DNA of 64,000 nt from Lingula anatina (GCA_051362555.1 CM120643.1:19720848-19784847), one strand, 5' to 3'; numbered from the stretch's first letter, positions 49,076 through 60,481 are shown. Made by a program: numbers and translations. The notes: a model not told the origin generated them from the letters alone.

Positions 49076-49819
49076 AGTCAAGAAAGTCTGTCTCCAAAAA
49101 AGAAAAGTAAGACATGACCTCAGACAGTCAGAAAATCAATATGTTGATATGAGTATTTAAATTCTCACTTAATGATTTTAAAAGTTAGCGATGATTGTCT
49201 ACCTACTTATGCAATTACGCTGTTGATTCGAAGCGCAGATAAAAAATATTTGATTATTTTCAAATTTAAATTTGAAGCGTCACCTATCGGGTATTGTAAA
49301 ATTGAAAGCGAAAGAGAAAGTAACCAAACCCGTGTTAAATTTCTTTCTTTTTTAAAAAAAGTTTTGGTACTAGGATGTGACAACATACCAAAAAGTCAAA
49401 TAAATTGCTACATGCTCTATACCACACTCTTAACGTGCTGAGGAAAAATATGACGAGTTATAGCTAGCTGGGTTTTCCCGAAGGTGTAAAATTAGATCAA
49501 ATGCATCCAATCACCCTGCCCTAACCATACCTTAAAAGGTTATATATATTCATTGAGAAGGAAATTTCACATAAAACAAAATTTTAGATCTGTGTCATGA
49601 TATTCAAAATTTATCAAAATATTGGTGGCATTTGTCAGTTCCCCTGAAATAAATGCAACAGACGATGCGTTTTGACTTAAATATTCTATTGTACGATGTA
49701 GTGATATTATTGGCATCAACAAAACCGTTGTCATAGAAGGAAGTAAAGTTTCTTTCATTTATACGGACTACGGGGAAGTGAAAGAAAGAGCAGTAGCCAT
49801 GACCTTTTTCTTTCTACTC

Positions 49820-49856
<37 letters not shown>

Positions 49857-51697
49857 GGTCAAATGATAGGGGAACGTTACTATATACGTTATATTCTGTG
49901 TGAATCCAGCACCTAGTGGCAATTTCAAACGTTTCAATTGGACCCATATGCTTGATTTTTTCGAATCTCTTAAGATCCTCTCAGGTCCTCCTTGGCTTTT
50001 CAAAGTACATTTTAAATGGGTTCTCATTGTGAATCAAAAGCGCCATCTGTGGCACTTTCAGGCTGACTTCCAAAATTAAAACATATCCGACTATGTAATT
50101 TAAATACGAAGATGTTGTTTAAACTTTATTTTAATATATTCCATATGTAGAAATACCCTAGGTTCTAGATGTCAGTTTTGCCAGCTCGTTCTTGATTTCA
50201 TTTATATCCCATAACAAAAAAGATGACTGTGAAGCTATCCCCTGAAAAGGTTTGAATAGTTAACAAACTAGCTTCACAATGGCCCTGACACTCAGGGAAT
50301 ATAGAAATGACTTACAGGCAAAATATGCCTGTTATGTGGAACCATCAGAAAAACGGATAAAAACCCTTTTACACAGAAAAACAACCTTTGTTTTTTATAT
50401 GTCACGACCCTTACTCAACAACACAATACAATATTTGTAATCTCGTAAAATTGATATTTTTAATAAAGGTCATAGCAGGACGTACATCAATAGGCAACTC
50501 TTTATTTTTTATTATTGTGATGTTCAATAATAATTAATATAAAATATATGCAATATAAAAAGTTCTTAAATTCGGCCTTTTTATTAGCTTAATTGATTTT
50601 TTAGTATTTGGAGATTAAAAACACAAACGTTGTCTAGTTTCATATCGAGGCACCACGTATTGTTCGTGTGCTCCCTTACTCATTCTTTATAGGTATATAT
50701 TGCTCAGACTATTATACTCATGTGCCTTTTTATGTTTAATAAGACACTTAAACTGTAAGCTAGCTGTAATTAAATTAGCTGATATTTTCCCTGTCATTAG
50801 TTATCACTGGCCAATACAGCATAGAAACAATTAAAAATTTCGGCCCCACTCACCCAACAACAGTTACTTTTCTTTCACTTTTGGGATAATTTAATTATTG
50901 ATTTATTTTAACAAAGCTTGAATATCAAAAAGAGTTTGACATATATGGAGAGTTACCTTTGAACTAGCTGAGTGATGCCTCAGTCAAGATAGACCGCGCC
51001 ACCTTATCACGGCTGTTATAATACTTAACCTATCCTTGTCAGAAAATCAACACATGTAAGCGTTTCAATTGGACCCGTATGCTTGATTTTTTTAATCTCT
51101 TAAGATGCTTTCAGGTTCTCATGGGCTTTTCAAAGCATGTTTTAAATGGGTTCTCATTGTGAATCAAAAGCGCCATCTGTTGTGAAAATTGAAAGCCAAA
51201 GTGAAAGTAACTGAAGCTACAGTTTGTTTGATAATTTATCGAAGTATTTTGGCCATGAAAGCTGAGTAAATGCCAGATATATCCCACAAATCAAAATTTG
51301 TTTTATATTACCTTTTTAACCACAATAACGTGATGAGAAAACTAATAATTTTGAATATTTGACGAGGATTCTGATAGCCGAACAAGATGGGGTTTTCCCA
51401 TGCCCCTGTAATTAGATCAACATAACTTAAGTCAGTTACCTTAAAAGGTGATCCTTTCAATGAGAAGAAGATTTACATAAAGCACAAATAAAGAATTCTA
51501 TCATGATGTTAGAAAATTATGAAAATACCCATGACATTTTTTTAGCTCCCTTCAGAACAATACAACTAGAAGATACGTTTAAACTGACATATTTCACCAT
51601 GTGAATGTATTGTGATTATTGGCATCAAGAGGACCACTGAAATAGATGAATCTTATTGTGACATTATAAATATGTAAAACGTCCTCGTATGATACTA

Positions 51698-51801
51698 GGA
51701 GGGATGAGTGGAGGTGTTACTGATTCGCGGTGAATCGCTCGGAAACGAAATGTGGCATTTCTCTCATCACTCAATGAACAATGGTCATGATTCTCCCTTT
51801 T
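51698..51801 (+). ncRNA. Putative ~104-nt structured Pol III small RNA (cassette B), family unknown
   Basis: PSE-like GGACCACTGAAATAG at 51631 and TTATAAATAT at 51664-51673. A G start lies ~65 nt after the ACC core and TTTT ends the unit at 51798-51801. It folds into a long GU-rich stem with two inner hairpins and is identical to the copy at 54802-54905. Confidence 0.55.
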
Positions 51802-52506
51802 GATTCTTTTTATGTTTTAAACTACTAAGTCATTGCATTGCTCCAGAGTTGTATCATATTGGTCCAATCTCTTGATATCTGTTTCTGTATGCATCCCCTG
51901 CGTGATACAGGTTCTTGATATAAAGCGGAGAGCTCTGTAGGTCAGCAGCACTTTCAAACTGTATGTTACAACTAAGGAACGGGGAGTGGCATGGAAACGC
52001 CTGGCCACCGTTTCACAAAGAATCTTAAATACGAAGTTGACTAGAATGTGTGCATATGTCCATGACAGTGCCGTAACGCTATCCCTGTAAGGGTAAGATG
52101 TGTGCTACGTGTGCTCATGTTACGTTGGTATATGTAACAAAGATGTTAGCCATAGAACGTGACTGAGATTTTTGTGCAACCGGGGCTGGCCACCTGTTTT
52201 CGAAATAAGATCCACCCTTCTCTTTATAAAATGTGACTTTTTATATGAGTAATATTTTCTGATTAGCCTTTTTTATTTTGTCATAATCTCTGTTGGGTAT
52301 AATTATCGATTTATTTTTCACATTTGGAGCTTTTCAAACATCGCAAATTTAAAAAATGCGTACTGTATATGTCAATGTGCATGGCGCTTGACTCCAGACA
52401 CACTAGCCTTTGTAGAAAATGTCATTGTACTGTCATGGAATTGATACTTGGGTTTTGACTTGCATGTTTTCACTAAGTCAATTTTATTTTAAAAATCAAT
52501 CGATGC

Positions 52507-52510
<4 letters not shown>

Positions 52511-52571
<61 letters not shown>
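52511..52571. repeat. (TA)n microsatellite
   Basis: Perfect dinucleotide run. Confidence 0.98.
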
Positions 52572-52575
<4 letters not shown>

Positions 52576-54801
52576 CAAACTTGGCGTGAAGCTTCACAAT
52601 GCTCTTTTATCGTCAACACATATAACGCAAACAAGAAAATACCCGAAACACTAATGCCGAATTGTTTAAAAGAAAAAACTCAAAGCTAGGAGCCCCGGAC
52701 AACGAACAAACGAAGTCATATGAACTGGATATTTCATATTGCACTCTTGCCCTCGATATTTTATTTCTAGGAAGATGATTGACCACCCTGTCACCGAGTT
52801 CTCCATAGACCTGCTGAGGTCTCCGAAAGGTTTAAGGCCACTAATGCTTATGTTTAAAATCTTTATTTATGAAACATACGACTGGGTGACTGTTAAAAGT
52901 TTTGTGCCGCGAATGCGATGCCAAAAATTAAAATGAATAACTACATGTTCAATATTACACTTTTATTACACAATAATGAGGCAAGGAAGGGGAAAACGTG
53001 TTGAATAGGTGACGAGCATTCTAAAATAACATAACAAGTTGGGGTTTTCCCATGGGTCTAAAATTAGAGCAACACACCTTCAATATTCTTTTTGTACCTA
53101 AAAAGGTTACTTTTTGAACGGGAAATGAACTTCACAAGAAATAAATGCATGGGTTTATATCTTAGTGTCAAAGAATTATGGAAATATTTCTGAAATTTGT
53201 TAGTTTTCTTCAAAACAATAAAATTAGAAGATACGGTTTGATTGAAATATTCTATCAAATAAATATAAGCTAATTATTGGCATCAGCAAGACCGCGGTGA
53301 TAGAAAAGAGTACCGCTGACAGTATTTATATGCAGTATTTCAACCTACTAGACGTAGTTTACAAGACCATTTTTCTTTTTCTGTAGTAAACTTTGTTAGA
53401 TATAATTGACTTACCCTTTTCGGGTGTGGAACCAACACCTGGATTTCCCCGAGTAACTTCTTCATCTACCACTATCCTTGCCTGGTACAATTTAGTCCCG
53501 CTCACCTAATACAATGGAAAAAACAGGGTTTGGGTGAAGGGAGGTTGGAGTCTGGCCTCCTTTATCAAACTAAAATGGCAGATGAACAAACTAAATAGAA
53601 ATACAAAAGAGGTTCCTGAAATCACAACAAAATCACTACATCGCACAATGTCAAATAAAGAAATGAATAGATAAAATTATTTGAAAGAAACTATGACATA
53701 GGTAACTAACAATAACGATGACAATGATAATTGATAATTGATAATGATATATAGATGCTTATTCATGTAGCGTATGCATTTATATCGGTAAATGAAAATG
53801 TACAATAGAAATGTAATAAGAAATACGTGTACTATTTATTTAGCAATCATACAGCATGACCACTCTTATAGGAATAATGCATATACAATATAATGATGAT
53901 AACAACAATGAAGCTTTAAAACTTTGCAAACACCGGGGATTTAGCATTTTCATTGTAATTTCATTACATTACATTTATTATCTAAAGAATCTGTATATCA
54001 GCATTCTTTATTTTAAGAAGTAATGACTACGGCTACAGACTCTTTGATTGTGCCATTCTCTTGCCCAATATCCCTATAGGTATAGCATCTCACATGTATT
54101 TTCATTGTCAGTATCGTATGTTTATTAAACAAGGTGCCTGGATACATCTAGGAGGTATGAACGTTTCTATTGGACGCATACGCACGCTTGATGTTTTTGA
54201 ACCTGAAAAATGCTTTCCAGTTCTCAAGTACTTTTCAAAGTACAATTTTAAATGGATTCTCTTTGTGGATCAAAAGCGCCATCTGCTGTGAATATTAAAA
54301 GCCAAAGTGAAAGTAACCGAACCTCCAGTTGTTTTGATCAAATATGGCAAGATTTCGGTCACGAAAGCTGAATGAAAGCAAAAAATATCCAACATAGCAA
54401 AAGGCGTTTTATATTACGCTTTTAACCACAATAACTTGCTGAGAAAACCAATAATTTTGCTGTTTGACGAGGATTCTGATAGCGTAACGAGCTGGGGTTT
54501 TCCCATGCCCCTGTAATTAGATCAATACCGCTTAAGTCAGTTACCTTAAAAGGTGATCGTTTCAATGGGAAGAAGATTTACATAAAACACAAATAATGGT
54601 TTCTGTCATGATGTTAGAAAATTATGAAAATACCCGTAACATTTGTGAGCTCCCTTCAGAACAATACAACTAGAAGATACATTTAGACTGACATATTTCA
54701 CCATGTGAATGTATTGTGATTATTGGCATCAAGAGGACCACTGAAATAGATGAATCTTATTGTGACATTATAAATATGTAAAGTGTCCTCGCATGATACT
54801 A

Positions 54802-54905
54802 GGAGGGATGAGTGGAGGTGTTACTGATTCGCGGTGAATCGCTCGGAAACGAAATGTGGCATTTCTCTCATCACTCAATGAACAATGGTCATGATTCTCC
54901 CTTTT
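54802..54905 (+). ncRNA. Putative ~104-nt structured Pol III small RNA (cassette D), identical to cassette B RNA
   Basis: Same promoter geometry (ACC core at 54737). Identical to 51698-51801 while the flanks diverge; TTTT at 54902-54905. Confidence 0.55.
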
Positions 54906-55069
54906 GATTCATTTTGTTTTAGAGTAGTAAGTCGCTTCTGAGCTGTGTCATATTAGTCTCAACTGTTGATATCTATTTTTGAATGCATTCACTACGCGAG
55001 TCAGGTGCCTGATATAACGTGGAGATCTCTGTAGGTCAGCAGCACTCTCAAACTGCACGATACAATTAA

Positions 55070-55288
55070 AGTCCCCTTTACACTGGACGACGTACTTTCT
55101 GCGTCCTGTAGTACGGTCCCGCTTGAGAGTAAAAAAAAAATACTGTACGTGCTCACAACTGGCCGATCTTTGAGCATTCATTCTAAAACCAAAGCAATGC
55201 TTGTGCCTCCTTTATAGGATCACAGCGATGCCAGTTTCATAGTCGCACAAAGGACGCACAAAGGACGCCGTCCAATGCTAAGGGTGAT
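55070..55288 (+). mobile_element. Harbinger-type MITE family 2
   Basis: TIR CCCCTTTACACTGGACG..; TAA...TAA TSD. Absent from the paralogous site near 51972; homologous to 62147-62368. Confidence 0.85.
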
Positions 55289-56759
55289 TAAGGGACAGGG
55301 CGTGTGGAATAAGAACGCCTGGCCACCGTTTCACAAATTAAAGTATCTTAAATCCGAAGTTGACTACCAATGATTATCTTGAACTGAACAGACCAAGTAC
55401 GGAGTTTAAAAGTTGGGCCAAATTTTAGGCTTGTGCTTTTATGAAACGGCCACTGCCTTTTCTTATTGCTCTTACATGTATCTTAATACTCATGTGACTT
55501 TTATATATGCTTAAAGGTATCCCAAGTGGGATTTTCGCGCCAAATCAAAATGCACCCGAGAGTACAGTTCTTTCTTCTTCTCACAACTCTTTGTTCTACC
55601 CAATTGGATGTTTTATACCTTTTATGCCATTTCTTATAAAATCATATGATTTCAAGCTATTGGTCTAATACTTATACCCTAATGTTTACCTGTACATTTC
55701 AAAGGAAAATTGACATCAGATACTTTGATTTGAGGGGTTTTATCGTTCTTGAGATCTGAACTGGGACGGATAAGCATGTACTGTTACGCAGGATACGTAG
55801 TCATACGTAAAAGGATTTTGGGATATTTTCAAGCACTAGTATACCGTATGTCATAATATGTAAATTGGCTTCTGTAATTTTTCTCTAATCATCATTGGAA
55901 GATACAGCATAGGAACAATTTCTCTGCCCCACTCGCACAAAATATGTGCGTCATTTTTTCTACCACTTTCAGAGAGCAATTAATAATTTTGTTTCTCAAA
56001 CTTGGATAAATCTCAAAATTTGGTCGTTTGAAATATATAGCGGGTATACCTTTGCACTGAGTGACGCTTCAATCAAGATAGGCCACCCTTTTATTAAATT
56101 CAAATCCAGAAGAGCAACACTTTACCGGCCATATTTCAAGTAGTCTCCTACCTTTGATATTTTAGAAATCCTGAAATGCTATCGTGTACTCAAGTGTTTT
56201 TCGAAGCACAGTTTTAAAATGGTCTCCTTTTGAATATGAGGCGACATCTGTTGTAAGAATTATAGACCAAAGTAACCAGACCTCCAGTTTATTTTGGACA
56301 AATGCCAAAAGCTTTGGACCACGAACACTGCATTAATGACAAAGGATCAAATAAATAACCGGTTGTATTATATTACACATCAATCACAATAACGTGCTGA
56401 GGGGGAGTCCCTGTTAAAAACTGTACGTGACAGCATTGTAATGCATAACAAGCTGGGGTTTTACCGAAGCTCTAGAATTAGATCAATAGTTTTCAGTCGC
56501 CTTAAAAGGCAATCGTGCCAATGGAAAGAGAGTTTTGACATATTTCAAAACTAGGTATTTATGTCATCGCATTTAAAAATTATGAAAATATTTGTGGCAT
56601 TTGTAACTTCTCGCCGAAGCATACAGCCGGATGACAATCAATCAAATTGAAATAATTCATCATGCGAATGTTCTGAGATTATTGGCATCAACAAAACCGT
56701 GATCACAGAAGAAAGAAATATTGACGTTATAAATATGTAAGGTGCATGTTAAGTGGACA

Positions 56760-56849
56760 GAATAAAGCCACCGTAGCGTCTCTACAATCAATCAATCGAT
56801 CAATCAATCTAGCAATCAACAATCAATCAATGGCCTTGTTCTTCATTTT
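56760..56849 (+). ncRNA. Putative ~90-nt terminal-stem Pol III small RNA (cassette E)
   Basis: PSE-like AAACCGTGATCACAGAAG (ACC at 56696) and TATA at 56727-56736. The 5' GAATAAAGCCA pairs with TGGCCTTGTTC (56831-56841), followed by TTTT at 56846-56849. Confidence 0.5.
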
Positions 56850-59800
56850 GCCATTTCATCATCATGTAGTCTTGAAGGCTGCAAAATTGTTATCCTCTTT
56901 TGTGCAGCATCCTCATAACCGATTTTGTTTCCACCCAAACCACTCCAGATATCTGTTGCAGTATTAATTTTCTTGAATGAGGTGCCAGTAGTTCTCCAAT
57001 CGAATCATAGCGTAACCCGAATGGCACAATGTAGCTCAACATTTTAAAAATTTATTTCCAGAATTTATTCGAGTGAACAAATACATTTTATATTTAACAT
57101 GCACACTTAACTAGTCACATCACTCCCATACATTTACACACGCCTCTCACATCTGGAGCAGCTACATTATATTCATCTTATGATTTCGTCATTACTAACT
57201 ATAAAAGCAGAAAAAAGTAATATTACTGCCACCATTTACCAAAAAAGTAACCAATAGACTAAGAATAAGGTTTTAAGAGCGGCATTAGACTGTAGTAAAT
57301 ACAGGGGCGGATACTAAAGCTCTAAGATTAGATCAATAGTTTTATTTGAACATTGATTAGACAAGGGTCGTGGCACAGACTTTAAATACACCATTCTCTT
57401 GCTTAGTCTTCCCTATACCTTTAACATTTCCATGTAATTTCATTATCGGTTTCATTTGTTTTCTTTCATACGGTGCGTGGATACATCTGAGGCCAGTGCA
57501 CTTACTGGCAATATTCTATTATATTATTGATGGCAATATTCTATCATATTAACAAATGGAAATTATTGGCATCAATAAGGCCGAGGTGAAAGAAAAAAAG
57601 TAGCGTTGACAGTATTTATACGCAGTATTTCGACTCACGAAACGTAAGTTACGAGACCATTTTTCTTTTTCTGTAATAAAACTTTGTCAGATAGAATTGA
57701 CTTACCCTTTTAGGGTGTGAAACCAACCCCTGGATTTCCCCGAGTTACTTCTTCATTTATCACGATCCTTGCCTGGTACAATGTCGACCTGCTCACCTTA
57801 TACAATGGAAAAAAACAGGGTTTGGATGAAGGTAGGTTGGGGTCTGTCCTCCTTTAACAAACTAAGATGGTAGATGCACCCCAAAACAGAAATACAGAAG
57901 ACACTCCTGGAATTACAAAAAAGAGGAAAAAAAACAACCCGCAATGTCAAATAAAGAATTGAATAAAATTATTTAAGGAAAGAATGACACAGTAGAATAA
58001 CAATAACTATGACAATAATAATGAAATGATTATAATACATAGATGCTTTACTCAGTGTAGCGTTTACATCTACATGGGCAAATGAAAATGTACAACAGGT
58101 GTACTATTAAACAATGATAAACTTTGAGTACATATACGAAAATAAGGAATACATATTATATAATGATGATAATAATAATGAAACCTTAAAATTACGCTAA
58201 CACGGGATATTATATCATTTTATTGCAATCTCAGTTTATTACATTGATTATCTAATGAATCTGTATATCAGCATGCATTCAATATTTTAACAGTTTTGAG
58301 AAGGAATGTCTACGACCAGTGTTGTGATACAGACTCTTTGATAGCGCCATTCCCTTGTCAAATATCTCTTTACTTATAACATCTTACGTGTATTTTTTAT
58401 CGTATGTTTTATGAAATACGGTGCGTGGATACCTATAGGACCGATTTCAGAAAACAACTTTAGCGTGAAAATTGGCCTGGGTTCTTAGACTAAGACTTAA
58501 GTTTAATTTTACCCAAAATATATCAGTTATAATACAAAAATTTATTTAAGACCAACACTGATTATCATGAACTGAATAGACCAAGTACTGAGCCTAAAAG
58601 TATGGGCAAATTTTAGGCTTGTGCTTTTATGAAACAGCAACTGCCTTTTCTTGCTCCTACGTGTATCTTAATACTCATGTGACTTTTATATATGCTTAAA
58701 GGTATCCCATGTGGGGTTTTCGCGCCAAATCAAAATGCACTACATTTTTTTTTTCTTCTTCTTCTCACGACTCTTTGTTCTACCCAATTGGATGTTTTAT
58801 TAATACTTATACCCTAATGTTTGCCAGTATATTTCAAAGGAAAATTGACTTCAGATACTTTGATTTGAGGTTTTTTATCGTTCTTTAGATCTGAATTGGG
58901 ACAGACAAGTATGTGCTGTTACGCAGGATACGTAGTCATACGTAAAATGATTTTGGGATATTTCAAGCACTAGTATACCGTATGTCATAATGTGTTAATT
59001 AGCTTCTGTAATTTTTCGCTAATCATCATTGGAGGATAAAGGAACAATTTCTCTGCCCCACTCGCACAAAATATGTGCGTCATTTTTCCTACCACTTTCA
59101 GAGAGCAATTAATAATTTTGTTTCTCAAACTTGGATAAATCTCAAAATTTGGTCGTTTGAAATATATAGCGGGTATACCTTTGCACTGAGTGACGCTTCA
59201 ATCAAGATAGGCCACCCTTTTATAAAATTCAAATCCAGAAGAGCAACACTTAACCGGCCATATTTCAAGTAGTCTCCTACCTTTGATATTTTAGAAATCC
59301 TGAAATGCTATCGTGTACTCAAGTGTTTTTCGAAGCACAGTTTTAAAATGGTCTCCTTTTGAATATAAGGCGACATCTGTTGTAAGAATTATAGACCAGA
59401 CCTCCAGTTTATTTTGGACAAAGCCAATAGCTTTGGACCACGAACACTGCATTAATGACAAAGGATCAAATAAATAACCGGTTGTATTGTATTGTGTTAC
59501 ACATCAATCACAATAACGTGCTGAGGGGGAAACCCTGTTAAAAACTGTACGTGACAGCATTGTAATGCATAACAAGCTGGGGTTTTCCCATCAGTTTTCC
59601 AATCAGTCGCCTTAAAAGGCAATCTTGTCAATGAGAAGAGAGTTTTACATATTTCAAAACTATGTATTTATGCCATCGCATTTAAAAATTATGAACATGT
59701 TTGTGGCATTTGTGAGTTCTCTCAGCATAAGCTGGATGACAATCAATCGAATTGAAATATTTCATCATACGAATGTTCTCAGATTATTGGCATCAACAAA

Positions 59801-59864
59801 ACCGTGGCCACAGAAGAAAGAAATATTGACGTTATAAATATGCAAGGTATCTGTGAGGTAAATC

Positions 59865-59964
59865 GTTGACCAAGACCGACCGTAGCGTTTCTACATTCAA
59901 CCTTACTATCAATCAATCAATCAATCAGATAACAATCAAACAATGGTCTTTGGTCTTCTTTTTT
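59865..59964 (+). ncRNA. Putative ~100-nt terminal-stem Pol III small RNA (cassette G)
   Basis: ACC core at 59801 and TATA at 59832-59841. The 5' GACCAAGACCG (59868-59878) pairs with TGGTCTTTGGTC (59944-59955), followed by T6 at 59959-59964. Stem differences from cassette E are compensatory. Confidence 0.55.
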
Positions 59965-60481
59965 CTATTTCATCATCTTGTTGTCTTGAAGCTTGCAAAA
60001 TTGTTATGCTTTTCTGTACAGTATTCTCATTGCCGATTTTGTTTCCATCCAAACTACTCCAAGTATCTGTTGGAGTATCAATTTTCTGGAATGAGGTGAC
60101 AGTAGTTCTCCAATCGAATCATAGCGTAACCCGAATGGCACAATGTAGCTCAACATTTTAAAAATTTCTTTCCAGAGTTTATTCGATTAAACAAATGCAT
60201 TTTATATTTTACATAAACATTTAAATTAGTCACATCACTCCCATACATGCATACACGCCTCTCACATTTGGAGCAGCTACATAACATTCATTTTATGATT
60301 TCTTATTACTAACTATAAAAGCAGAAAAAAGTAATACTGCTGCCACCATTTACCAAAAAAGTAACCAACAGACTAGAATAAGGCTTTAAGAGTGGCATTA
60401 GACTGTAGTAAATACAGGGGCTGATACCAAAGATCCATAGTTTTATTTGAAGGGGGAGGGTGCACAAGCGTCTCGATTCCA

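Larger units (their letters stand above)
49270..60450 (+). repeat. Tandem/segmental duplication array of seven diverged cassettes
   Basis: Anchor ATTATTGGCATCA at ~49706, 51615, 53273, 54719, 56678, 57562 and 59783. Larger duplicated blocks: ~51060-52045 vs ~54160-55370; ~53270-54150 vs ~57560-58435; ~55375-57345 vs ~58560-60450 (near-identical ORFs 55946-56143 and 59075-59272). Confidence 0.92.

Noticed and set aside
51718-51752. Hammerhead-like CTGA...GAAA in the cassette B RNA
   Set aside because: The core is CTGATTC, not CUGANGA, and stem topology does not fit.
53361-53390. AAGACCATTTTTC...TTTCTGTAG resembling the U3 snoRNA 5' end
   Set aside because: Box A is incomplete and no B, C or D boxes follow.
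55946-59272. Duplicated 65-aa ORF MRHF.YHFQRAINNFV...
   Set aside because: GTG start and no recognisable domain; the identity is explained by the recent segmental duplication.
49270-59850. Cassettes as a decayed protein-coding family (minus-strand VLLMPIIS, DLI...WENP and QQMALLIH..ENPFK recur; superficial likeness to PSMG2 TLLMPAVS)
   Set aside because: Apparent synonymous changes occur in frames on both strands, every copy has stops and frameshifts, and motif spacing and orientation do not fit PSMG2. Disfavoured but not fully excluded without a profile search.
56830-60170. Minus-strand ~55-codon open frames downstream of cassettes E and G (WRTT.TSF.KI.T.TD.WS.L.GNKIG..)
   Set aside because: No start or splice signals, mostly non-synonymous differences between copies, and no recognisable homology.
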